From Malacoraja senta (taxonomy: Eukaryota), in contig CM075997.1 in the NCBI GenBank assembly GCA_038087875.1, positions 2,978,001-3,042,000 of the forward strand: a stretch of 64,000 bases of DNA, in the 5' to 3' direction. The notes under the pieces are model-generated. The model was not told the DNA's origin and searched no databases. It worked only from the letters and a program-made list of their open reading frames with translations. Of the stretch, positions 37,173-49,147 are shown piece by piece. Positions within the stretch are counted from its first letter, which is position 1, and every line of letters begins with the position of its first letter. The translations under genes were made by a program, and so were the position numbers.

Positions 37173-38633
37173 TACAAGCAATGAGAGAGCGTGTTGCAGA
37201 ACACTCATCGGAGAGAGGAGAACTTTTTCCAAGTAGCATTTTATGTCTACGCTGTAAACCAGCAACTGAGGTTCCTTCCTACACACATTGCTTCACTGCA
37301 CATCTCCGGTATGCCTACTTTGAAGTTCTCCTCCTCTCTGATGAGAGTTCTGCAACACCCTCTCTCATTGCTTTGAACCTTTTCATACCCCTAATTTCAC
37401 TCTCCCCTGACTCTGTCTTCACGGTCTTGACCCAAGGCCCTCCAGTAGCTTGTTCTTTTTTCTCCCTAGTGGCTAATTAGCACTCCCAGGCAGTGAATCA
37501 TCCCCGCCTGTCTTTTTATATAGGCGACTGTGAATACCTCAAAAAAAGACACAGTGCAGAAGTAACTCTTAGAAAGAACTCTCAAGTGTTTTATTGTTAT
37601 ATGTCCCAGACAGAACATTGAAATTCTTCCATGAAAAGAACAGCAGATGGTGGTTAACACACAAAAGGACACAAAGCCCCCTCTCTCATCAGGCAAGAGG
37701 GACAGAAGTGTGAAAACACACACCTCCAGGTTCAGGGATAATTTCTTCCAGCTGTTATCAGGCAACTGAACCATCCTATAACCAATTAGAGAGTGGTCCT
37801 GGCCTACCTACCATCTCATTGGAGACCCTCAGACTACTCTCAGATTAAATGTTATTCCTATTATCCTGTATCTGTACATTGTGGACCACTGGATTGGAAT
37901 CATATAGTCCTTTGACTGACTGGATAGCACGTAACAAAATAACTTTTTGCTGTGCCTCGAGAGTAGAACGTATACAACACATACCATAATAATAAGCAAA
38001 CTAAAGGGTTGGAATAACTCAGGGGTCAAGCAGCATCTCTAGAGAAGATGGACAGGTGTCGTCACCTATCCATATCTTCCAGAGACACTGCCTTTGCAGG
38101 AGTAACTCCAGCGGGTCAACCAACAACTGTGGACGGAGTGGACAGGTGATATTTTGGGTATGAACGCTTCTTCAGATTGGTGCCGACCTGAAAGGTCACT
38201 TGTAATTCCCTCCACAGATGCTGCCTGACCCGTTGAGTTTCTCCAGCACTTTGTTTTGCACTCAAGATTCCAGCATCTGTGTTTCCTTGTGCCTATTATC
38301 TTTCCTCGCAGTCTGTAACCATCATCACAGCCAACTTGCCTTCAGGGTTCGTCTCATCTGAAAATTGTGACCTTGTCTATCGAAGTCGAACATGCAATAT
38401 CCTGAGGGGAATTTGTCCAACCAACAACAAATCTCTGTTCTATCTCAGCACTGTTGGTACTGAGAACAATACAACCTTTCCAATCATGTTTTATTCTTAG
38501 AACTACTAAGGCCAACATTTAATGAAGATCACCAATTTATATGCTCTCTGAGAACCATCCCAATCTATACTAATCCTATTTCCAGCCTTAGGCCCATAGC
38601 CTTCCATGTATTGGTGTTTCAAGAGCTCATTTA

Positions 38634-38792
38634 TGACAGAATCACGTCGCTTCCAGGGATGATGACAGAAGCCTCCTGGTGGCGATCCCTGGAAGTGACG
38701 ACACGATGCACTCTGTGACACATCGGGCGACAATTCTGTCAACATGTTGGACGGCGACAGAAGCCAACAGTCTGACACACGAGCAAAAGAAC
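38634..38792 (+). mobile_element. Family B retroposon copy 2 (HDV-like fold 38655-38741) with 5' inverted segment
   Basis: Flanked by GAGCTCATTTA (38623-38633) / GAGCTTATTTA (38793-38803). AGGGAUG-A-UGACAGAA-GCC-UCCUGGU-GGC-GAUCCCU-GG-...-CAA-UUCUGUCA. Confidence 0.75.
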
Positions 38793-41700
38793 GAGCTTAT
38801 TTAAATTTCAGATAATGCATTGCAGATTTCAACCACCTCTGGTTTCATTTAAAAACATCTTTCCTCACTACTCTCTAAAGCTCTAACCCTTACCTTAAAC
38901 CTATGGCCTTTGATTATGGACACCCTTGCTATGGGGAAAGGTTTCTCAGTGTTAATGTCATAATTTTGTACAGCTCAATCATCTCCCCCCTCAGCTTTCT
39001 TTTGCTCCAAGGAAAATAAACACAGCCTAACTGGTCTCTGCTCTTAACTGAAGCACCTGTTGAACGTTGAGAGAGATACTATCTACTTTATTGGAAGACC
39101 TCGGACTATCTTTAAATTGGACTTTACTCGACTTTATCTTGCACTAAACGATATGCCCTTTATCAGGTATCTGTACACTGTGGATGGCTCGACTGTAATC
39201 ATGTGTAGCCTTTCCTCCGACTGGTTAGCACGCAACAAAAGTTTTCACTGTACCTCAGTACACGTGACAATAAACTAAACCTTCTCTGTACACTCTCACT
39301 GCTATCACACCCTTCCTATAATATGGTGAATGGACTTGCATGTAATATTTGAACTGTGGCCCAACTAATGCTTCATATGTGTAGGAAGAAACTGCAGATG
39401 CTGCTTTAAACTGAAGATAGTCACAAAAAGCTGGAATAACTCAGCGGGTTAAGGTGGAATAAATCCAGAGATGCTGTCTGACCCGCTGAGCTACTCCAGC
39501 TTCTTGTGTCTAAATCTTTATATGGCTGTACATATTTTGTACATTCAGCAATATTTGTGTATATATGGCTACGCATATATCATGTGTCCCAGCTAAAGAA
39601 GGCAACTAATCCATATCCCTTAATCACAGTATCATGAATCTTGGAAATATACACCAAGATCCCTCTTCATCTGAACTTTTTAGAGTCCTACCATTCATTC
39701 TAGCCTTATTAGTCCTCCAAAGCACTTCATATTTTTCAGGATTAAACTTTATCTGCCATCAGTCTGCCCACCTTATCAACTCATCAATATAGTAACTGAA
39801 GGTTACACTTCCCACTAATTCGTAACTGTCACTGTATGTCATGTTGTTACTTGTGGGTGGAGCACCAAGGCAAATTTCTTGTATGTGAATACTTGGCCAA
39901 TAAACTTACTTACTTACTTAACACCATCAATTTTCATGTAATCGGCAACCTTACCAATCGTGTCTCCAACATTTACATCCAGATCTTTTATATATATATT
40001 ACAATCACAAAACAACCCTTCAACATTGCTCTGTCTTGTGTTAGATAATCCCATATCCAATTAGGAAATTCCATTAATTCCAAGTGCCATTTTCTGAATG
40101 GCTTGCTTCTTTCTTCATCAGAAACCCTCTCTGGTGCTCAGTCAAGTTAGCTACTGCGGTTTTCGCCAGCTATCTCTTTTTATAACCTGGATTCTCCTTG
40201 TAAATGGTTTTGAAAACATCTCATCATATCTCTTTCCAATCCTCGCTGTTCCAGGAAGAACCACCTCAATTTCCCCAGTCTGCTGCCTTTTTCCGGCAAG
40301 AGTATTCATGATGTTGCAATCATCCCAGCAAGTAGCATTGTAGACCCGACTTGTGCCTTGTAGCTGATGGAAAGGCTTTGGGGAAATCAGATGAGTAATT
40401 TACTGAGTATACCCAGACTCTGATCTGTTCTTATACCCACGGTATTTACGTGTGTGATCCAGTTGAGCTTCTGGTGACCTCCAGGATATTAATGGTGGGG
40501 GAACTTGGCAATGCTAATGTCGGAATGGCAAGGACACATGAATAAACTTTCTGTTGTTGATGCTCATTGTCTGACACTTTTGCGGTGCAAATATTAGCGC
40601 ACGTCTAGATGTATGCAGACATAGGCTGATTCATTTGCGGAGGAGTTCACAATGGAATTGGCTTGAGCAATCGGCAGCAGACATCCTCAGATTATTGAAA
40701 GTCATTGACGAAGAATCTGAAGATTGTTGGGGCCCGCACACTGACCTGAAGAACTCCAACAATAATGTGCAAAAACAAACTGCTGGAGTAACTTGGTGCG
40801 TCAGGCAGCATCTGTGGAGGGAATGATAGGCTGAAGAAGGGTCCCCACCCAACATCAAGATCAAGACCCGGAGCAGAGCCTTGCATCGCCCGGTGCGGCC
40901 TTAACGGCCAGCGGGACTTGCCATCGCCGGCCGGGGTCTTTAACATCGGGAGTAGAATGGAAAACAGGGGAGAGGTAATGACTTTGCCTTCCATCACAGT
41001 GAGGAGGAGATTCACTGTGATGGATGTTTGTGTTAATTGTGTCCTGGTTCTTTTCTTGTTGTATGACTGCAGAAACCAAATTTCGTTTGAACTTCATTTG
41101 AGGTTCAAATGACAATAAACGGTATTGTATTGGTATTGTAGTTCACCTCTCCCATTTTCCCTCTCAGACAGACACAAAATGCTGGAGTAACTCAGCAGAT
41201 CAGGCAGCATCTCTGGAGAAAAAGGATGAGGGGACCTTTTTGGTCGGGACCCTTCTTCATACTGAAGCATCGACAGATGCTGCCTGACCAGTCGTGTTTC
41301 TCCAACACTTTGTGTTTCTTTGCACAAGATTCCAGTATCTATAGTTCCTTGTGTCTCCACTTTACAGTGATGTCCTGGGTTGGGAAGATGAACTCAAACA
41401 GTCACAATCATTTTCCTTCCATTGGAGTGTTTTCCCTTGAATGTTCAATGACTCCAGTTTTAACAAGACATCTTGCTTCCACACTCTGTCGAATGCTGGC
41501 TTGATGTCACACCTCCAGTCTGGAATTCAGGTCTTTGGTCCATGACTTTTATAGTAAAAAAGAGTTTTATAGTAAAAAACAGATACACAAGGAAATGGGC
41601 CCTTTGGTCCACCAAGTCCACTATCAATCACCCATACACTGGTTCTATGCGATCCCACCCCACACACTTGTGTCCCACACACTAGGGACAACTTATTATT

Positions 41701-42387
41701 TTTGCCGAAGTCAGTTAACCTACAAACCCGCACGTCTTTCGAATGTGGGAAGAAACTGGAGCACCCAGAGAAAATCTACGGGGTCACAGTAATTACGTGC
41801 AAAGTCCGCACAAACAGCACCGATAGTCAGGATCAAACCCAGTTCTCTGGCCCTGTGAGGCCGCAACTCCACTGCCACACCACTGCGCTGTCCTGTAATG
41901 CCCTGAATTTCTTTAGCCAGAGGGTGGTGGATCTGTGGATGTCATTGCGACTGAAAGCAGTGGAGGCCAAGTCAATGGATATTATAAAGGCAGAGATAGA
42001 TAGATTCTTGATTAGTACAGGTAATTGGGGGTTACGGGGAGAAGACAGGAGAATGGGGTTGAGAGGGAGAGTTAGATCAGCCATGATTGAATGGCGGAGT
42101 AAACTTGATGGGCCGAATGGCCCAATTCTGCTCCTATCACTTCTGAATTTATGAGTGAAGTCTGGATTCAAGTGGTGAATGATAGGTTGATTTTTTTTTA
42201 AACGCATTAATCCGGTTACATTTGCCTGTAGATTTTGCCCTTTATCTTTCACTGTATCAAACTCAATTCCATTCCCTAACTGTTATCAAAGTTATTTACA
42301 TACACCATGTATCATAATCCCCCAATATGTAGAAACACAATATTATCCATGATCAACACTGCTCTGATTTGTTAATGAATTTGTTTC

Positions 42388-42872
42388 CTACATGACATGC
42401 TGACCGGTTGCATCGTGGCTTGGTTTGGCAACTTGAACGTCCAGGAGTGGAAAAGAATGCAGAAAGTTGTGACCACTGCCCAGTCCATCATCGGCTCTGA
42501 CCTCCCCACCATCGAGGGGATCTATCGCAGTCACTGCCTCAAAAAGGCTGGCAGCATCATCAAGGACCCACACCATCCTGGCCACACACTCATCTCTCCG
42601 CTGCCATCGGGCAGAAGGTACAGGAGCCTGAAATCTGCAACATCCAGGTTCAGGAACAGCTGCTTCCCCACAGCCATCAGGCTATTAAACTCGACAACAA
42701 ACAGACTCTGAACTGTAACAGCCTATTGCACTTTATCTGCTTATTTATGTGTATATTGAACTGAACTGTTCTGTATTTTTGTTTACAATATTCTGTTGTG
42801 CTGCAGCAAGCAAGAATTTCATTGTCCTATCTGGTACACATGACAATAAACTCTCTTGACTTGACTTGACTT
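42388..42872 (+). mobile_element. Rex1/Babar LINE 3' fragment
   Basis: LTGCIVAWFGN...IIKDPHHPGH...LPSGRRYRS...RFRNS.FP.AIRLLN, then TGACAATAAA and a (CTTGA)n tail. Confidence 0.88.
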
Positions 42873-44504
42873 ACGGGGCAATCTACCCACCAATTCCAAA
42901 ATTTGAACCCTCATTGCATTCCCTGTATTGCAAGTGCACCCTTTGCTAGATAGAGGTCAGAAATCTACACAAGATTGCAGCTGAAGTCTCACAGAGCCAT
43001 TTCTTCTTGTACCCAGTCCTCTTATAATGAAAGCCATTCACCTTCCGAATAGTTTGCTAAAGGTGCAATGCAGCATAGTGGTTCCTGTATGAAAGCCAGT
43101 CCCTTCTGAACGACACCTTTCAAACTCTCACTGTTTAAATACTACTTTGCGTTCCCATTTTCCCCCAAAAAACACAAACACTATATCTGAACATTGCCAC
43201 GTTCCAAGCATCAGGGAAGCGAATCACACTTGATTCCAAGGGAGGTAAGTGAAGCTAGTTAAACAAGAGAACATTGACACAAAAAGCTGGAGTAACTCGG
43301 CGGGACAGGCAGCATCTCTGGAGAGAAGGAATGGGTGATGTTTTGGGTCGAGACCCAGTTCTTCCCTAATCGAGAGAAGAGTCATGTAAAGAGTGGTGGG
43401 CAGTGAACATGTATAACATACAGAAGTTTGGACCAGTTTCTAGATTGCTGACTATATAATACAAATTTTGAAGTAAAGTTGCAGAATTACTAAAGTTCAG
43501 AGATACAGCATGGAAACTTCGGCCCACCGAGTCCATGCCGACTAATGATCACACTATTTCCATATTTTCCCACTTTCACATCCACTCCCTGCACACTAGG
43601 GGCAATTTACAGAGGCCATTTAACCTACATACTCGCACATCTTTGGGATGAGGGAGAAAACCCAGAGGAAACCCACACGTTCACATGGAACTCGTGCAAA
43701 CTCCACTCCAGACAGCACCCGAGGTCAGAATGAAACAAGGGCCTCTGGTGCTGCGAAGCAGCAGGTCTACCAGCTGTGCCACTGTGCTGCCCTTGAATCT
43801 TGGTAGCAAGATTCACGGTTCTTCAAATGAGTCTGCATTAAATAAGCCAGTAACTGCTGTTGCTGGTTTCTGAGGTAGGTTCTTCACAGTGTCATACAAT
43901 TGCAAGATCTGACTGAATCACTCTGCAGAGTGTCTCGGATTCATAGCTGAAGGGGCCGGAGTACAATTTGTAGCCTCTGGCACTGGTGGGGCAGCAGGCA
44001 GCTAGTACTGGCAGTGCAGGAGTCCTACTGCTTCTTCATCTGGGCTGCCACGTATCCTCGGTGCCAGGGATTCCCGGAAGTTAATGAGGATGTTACATTA
44101 CTCCAAGGAGACTTTGATAAAACCTTTGAAGCATTTCCTGATAACCTCTTGGAGCTCGGAGAGCTTGTTTCAAGAATCTAATTGGCAAGCAGAGAAATAG
44201 CATGGCCTGCCTACTGTAGTTGGCCGGGTGTAATTATAACCTTGCTTCAGGCGACGTCTGGTTAGCAGAGGATGTTAATGGTGATCTCCTTATCCTGCTG
44301 TGGATCTATTCAGGCCTTTAGCAACAGGGGCAGTGATGAGCGGTAAGGAGAGGTTGGTAGAGGTTCTTTGTTTTGGAGTAAGGCCCATTCTACGCTTCAG
44401 CAATGATTTCAAGCTCAGTCTCTGCGTTTGGACAGATGAAAGCTTTCTGTGTACTGCAGCTCTGCGGCTGAGGTTCTCGAGGAGATGCCGGTCAGAATCT
44501 TTCA

Positions 44505-44828
44505 TTTAGTTTATTTTCGTTTAGAGATACAGCGTAGTAACAGGCCCTTCGGCCCACCGAGTCCACACCGACCAGCGATCCCCGCACATTAACACTAGCC
44601 TACACACATTACGGACAATTGTACACGTACACCGACCGAGCCAATTAGCCTACATACCTGTACGTCTTTGACGTGTGGGAGGAAACCGAAGATCTTGGAG
44701 AAAACCCACGCAGGTCACGGGGAGAGCGTACAAACTCCGTACAGACAGCACCCGTAGTCGAGATCGAACCCGGGTCTCCGGCGCTGCAAGGGCTGTAAGG
44801 CAGCAACTCTACCGCTGCGCCACCGTGC
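44505..44828 (-). mobile_element. tRNA-derived V-SINE (HE1-like), near full length
   Basis: A box TGGCGCAGCGG, B box GTTCGATC, V-domain-like CTGTCTGTACGGAGTTTGTACG..CTCCCCGTG, CR1-like tail. Many more copies at ~3575-3875, 3960-4220, 16360-16540, 16960-17240, 18085-18350, 41580-41890, 43495-43790, 45345-45570, 49565-50290 and 56415-56955. Confidence 0.85.
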
Positions 44829-45692
44829 AGCCCGATCTTATCAATAACGCACCCTGCAAATTAGATTCACTTCACAGAGAAGCTTGAAATTAGGCGAGAA
44901 AGATTTAAAATATTTACCGATCACAAGCAAAAAGATAATTTACAGTATTGGAGTTTTAACTTTCCCGACAACTGCAGTTACCCAATATTTGTTCCAGCCT
45001 GATATAATTTGATAAGTTTCAACATATATATTATCAAATGTCAGTTTTCTGAATATGGTAAACGCGCTTCCTTCCTCAGCTTCCGACATAGGAGTTGGTT
45101 GGGGAGTAGAAAAAAACAAGAGCACAACATCCAATTGCAAAGGTTACAATCGGCATTCCCATCAACCCAGGGATACACAGTAATATCAGATGCCTTCAAA
45201 TTGTCTTGTTAAACGATCGGGTGGTGCCTGGAGGTCTTTGCTTATTTGTACCACATATATACACAGTTGCAATGATCACTCAGAACCAACAATATGACCT
45301 GGAAACCGAGAAAGAGAGAATAGGGCGGTACGATGGCACATGGGTGGCATGGTGGTGCGGCAGCAGAGTTGCTGCCTTATAGCGCCAGAGACCTGGGTTC
45401 GACCACGTGGGTTTTCTTCAGGTGCTCTGGTTTCCTCCCACACTCCAGACATATAGATTTGTAGCTTCTGTAAATTGTCCCTAGTGCGTAGGATAGTGCC
45501 AGTGGTCGCTGGTCGGTGCGGACTCGGTGGACCAATGGGCCTGCTTCCGCACTGTATCTCTAAACTAAACGGCAGCACCTTCAGCAAGTGTATTCAGTGA
45601 GGGTGAGCATTTTGAGCGTCACATCCCCAGGGACTCGACACCATCAGCAGAGTGCGATGGCCAAATGGCCAACGAACGTGCAGCTCTCGAAG

Positions 45693-47502
45693 AGAGACAC
45701 AAAAAGCTGGAGTAACTCAGCGGGTCAGACAGCATCACATCCAGGAATCAAAAGGAATAGGTGACGTTTCAGGTCGAAAACCTTCTTCAGACTGAGAGTC
45801 AGGGGGAAGAGAATCGAGAGATATAGATGGTAATGTAGAGATATTGAATAAATGAATGAAACGTACGCAAAAAAGTAACGATGATAAAGGAAAAAAGGCC
45901 ATTGTTAGGTGAGAACAAGTACAGATAATGAAATTCAGCAAGATGACTTTGAAGCTGGTACGCCTTGGGTGGGGGAGGGATGGAGAGAGAGGGAATGCAG
46001 AGGTTACTTGAAGTTAGAGAAATCTGGACGCTGCCTAAGCGAAATATGCTGTTTCTTCAATTTGCGTTTGTCCTCACTCTGACAATGGAGGAGGCCTAGG
46101 ACAGAAAGGTCCGTGTGGGAATGAGAAAGAGAATTAAAGTGTTTGGCAACTGGGAGATCAGGTTGGTCCAGGCAGAGTGAAGGTGTTCAGTGAAATGATC
46201 ACCCATTCTCGCCGATTGAGTCCACACCTTGAACAACGGATACAGTACATGAGGTTGGAGGAGATGCAAGTGACCTGAAAGGACTGTTGAGGTCCCTGGA
46301 CAGAGTCGAGGGAGGAGGTACAGCGACAGGTGTTGCATCTCCTGCAGGTACCTGGGGAGGGGGTGGTTTGGATGGGAAGGGATGTTAACCAGTGAGTTGT
46401 GGAGGGAATGGTCTCTGCGGAAGGCGGAAAGGGTTGGACATGGGAAGATGTGAACAGTGGTGGGATCCCGTTGGAGGTGGCGAAAATGTTGGATTATGTG
46501 TTGTATGCAACGGCTGATGGGGTGAAAGGTGAGGACCAGGGGGACTCTGTCTCTGTTGCGACTAAGGGAAGAGGGAGCAAGGGCGGATCACCGAGAAAAT
46601 ACGTGTGAGGGCCTCGTCTATGATGGTAGAGGGGAATCCCCATTCCATTAAGAATGAGGACATCTTGGATGTGCTGGTATGGAACACCTCATCTTGGGCG
46701 CAGATGCGACATAAACGGAGGAAGTGGGGGTAGGGGATAGAGTCTTTGCAGGGAGCAAGGTGGGAAGAAGTGGTTGAGATAGTAGTGGGAGTCAGAGGGT
46801 TTATAATAGACATCAGTCGATAGTCTATTTCCTGTGATGGAGACTGTGAGATCAAGAAAGGGGAGGGAGGTGCCGGAGATGGTCCAAGTGAATTCGAGTG
46901 CAGGATGGAAATTGATGGTGAAGTTAAAGAAGTCCATGAGTTCTGCATGGATGCAGGAGGTAGCACCGATGCAGTCATCAATGTAACGGAGATAGAGTTC
47001 GGGGATAGGGCCAGTGTACGCCTGGAACAGGGATTGTTCAACATACCCTACAAAGAGGCAGGGATAGCTGGGGCCCATGCGAGTGGCCATAGCTATGCCT
47101 TTGAATTGGAGGAAGTGGGAGGAGTCGAAGGAGAAGTTGTTAAGAGTGAGGACCAGCAGAGGACGAGGTGGAGGAGAGTGTTAAGGGCCTGTCCCACTGT
47201 ACGAGTTTACCCAGGAGCTCTCCCGAGTTTAAAAAAAAAATCAAACTCGTGGTATGTACGTAGAATGTACGTAGCGGGTACGTCGGAGCTCGGGACGTCT
47301 CTTAGCGGCTCGTAACGCTAACGGCAGGTACTCGGGAAACACGGTAAGCTCGTGAAGTTTTTTCAACCTGTTGAAAAAGGTCCACCGAGAGCCCCGAGTA
47401 CCTACGAGCGGCTATTACCGTAATTCCGAGTTCGAATCAGGGGAAACTCGGGAGAACTCTTGAATTACCTCGTACAGTGAGACAGGCCCTTAAGTAGAGG
47501 GA
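45693..47502 (-). mobile_element. Degraded Penelope-like retroelement (RT fragment, GIY-YIG remnant, terminal repeat), interrupted by a MITE
   Basis: ORF 46689-47090 has MGPSY..LF, RYIDD, LPFLDL and DVYYKP, typical of Penelope RT; frameshifted. Boundaries approximate. Confidence 0.85.
47184..47490. mobile_element. Harbinger-type MITE, GTACGAG subfamily, inside a Penelope RT
   Basis: TIR AGGGCCTGTC(C/T)CACTGTACGAG; flanks TTA / TAA. Confidence 0.85.
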
Positions 47503-47944
47503 AGAACTGGCAGCTCTCAGCAAGTTGCAAATCGTGCCTGCGTCTGAGTGAAAATTAATGTCGCATCATTAATTTCTTGCTACCCAACTAGGCGGGAAAA
47601 ATTGAGACGCAAGGCACTGCAGACGCTGGAATCTTGAGCAGAACACAGAGCACTGGAGTAACTCAGCGGGTCAGGCAGCATTTATGGAGGGAATAGTGCC
47701 TGACGGAGGGTCGTGGCCCAAAAGGTCTCCTACCTATTGCCTGCACGGATGCTTCCTGACTCGTCTAGACAAGAAAAAGCTTCTTTGACCAAAAGTAGAG
47801 AGAATGTGTCAGAATATACAAAGTCCGTACAAAGGCACAAGAGCTGACAGAGATCTGAAAAATAACCGTACTGCACTTGTCAAATCAAAACATTAGATCG
47901 ACAGTTCACAAAATAAAAGAGTTTGGAGTAAAAGAAAGTAACTG

Positions 47945-49005
47945 TGGTAGTATTTCAGTTGATGCTTTATTTGTGAATGGCTAAGGATGACCTTCATTTG
48001 AATGCTCTGCGCTGGCCACTGTCCCAAGTTGCTCCAGCAGATGCTGTACTACCTTACGCTGTAACAAAGAGAATCAGTAAAACTTTACACCCCCTGTCCC
48101 TCCCCTGAATCCTATGGAATGACTGAATAACACTAACTTATCAACTACATTTGCAATGTATGTACATATCAGCACACTAAACTATTGAACCTTGTCGTAG
48201 TAATATATCTCACTGTGAAAATCTGGGTGCTTCAAACACAACCCAAGTCAGAAACATGGAAAAATATTTTGTACATAATTATTCACTGTGAAACTTGCAA
48301 TAACGAATCTCAAGTGATGAAAAGATTCAAGGTCATTACATGAAAAAAAGTCTTTAAGAAAGTTTTTTTTTCCTCTTCTGCTCCATTGGAAAACGGCACC
48401 ATTTTAAATGGGATCAAGTTTACAATATACAGTGTAACATGCAAAAACAATGCACTGCATTAACTGCACGCAACCCGTCCATAAAAACAAAACTTGCTTC
48501 TTAAACCGAGGATAAACGGCACCTCCTTAAACTATTACAGACAATTCTCAAAATAAAAGGAATTCTTACTTTTTTTTTTCTTTTCTTTTTTTTTTCTTAA
48601 AAAAAACCTTTTGCCAAACCAAAGACAACCACACTGTTCTGTCCCCCCTCCCCCCCCCCCCCTTTCAGCACAAACTGGAGGCTAGTTCGAAGAACAAAGG
48701 GAACCACAGGCCATTCAGGTTTGCAAGTAACATCACCTGGCAGCTCTTGATTCTTGAGGGCAATGGTGAATGTGGAAGAGGCTGTTTGAGCTGCCTGGAA
48801 TTGTAGCCACTGTTCATCCGCTGCCATCATCCATTCTGCACGGACACAGGAAATCTAACAAATAATAATCCTTCAATTTGATCTTAAACGCGAGGCTGAC
48901 AAGCACTGGATTCGGAGTCTAGTTCAGAAGCTCTACTTCATGCGTACTGAAGGTTCAAGTATAACAGGGACTAGTCTCTTGCTTTATTTAAAACTGCACT
49001 TGGCA
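47945..49005 (-). other. Probable 3' UTR of the MTA1-like gene
   Basis: About 1 kb free of recognisable transposons after the stop codon, ending near AATAAA (47966-47971, minus) with a downstream U-rich tract. 3' end is approximate. Confidence 0.65.
47966..47971 (-). terminator. Distal polyadenylation signal AATAAA
   Basis: Plus-strand TTTATT, followed on minus by CA dinucleotides and a U-rich element. Confidence 0.6.
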
Positions 49006-49147
49006 TTAATCCTCAATGACAATGGGTTCTTCATTCATGGGCTGCCTCGGCTGCTGCGACGCACGTCCTTGTCGGATCAGAATCTGCCTGTAGGGCTGGC
49101 GTGCTGCTCTCTTCATGTCCACCGGACCCAGCATCTTACGCACCTTC
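49006..49147 (-). CDS. MTA1: MTA1-like gene, last coding exon (R-KVRKMLGPVDMKRAARQPYRQILIRQGRASQQPRQPMNEEPIVIED*)
   Basis: Acceptor ctctctctcaaaaccag|G completes the CG|G codon from the previous exon. KRAAR (RBBP4/7-binding) motif and terminal EPIVIED as in MTA1; TAA stop. Confidence 0.93.

Noticed and set aside
38659..38775. Box C (ATGATGA) and box D (CTGA) suggesting a C/D snoRNA
   Set aside because: The other family B copy reads ATCATGA; box C is created by the 5' inversion junction, and the HDV fold explains the sequence better.
7034..47900. PPM1-family or CRIP2 coding exons expected from human synteny
   Set aside because: No matching ORF or exon could be found by eye; small exons could have been missed.
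48597..48830. 77-aa ORF in the MTA 3' UTR
   Set aside because: No recognisable homology, runs into a G/T homopolymer tract, and nearby acceptors do not place it in frame with MTA.
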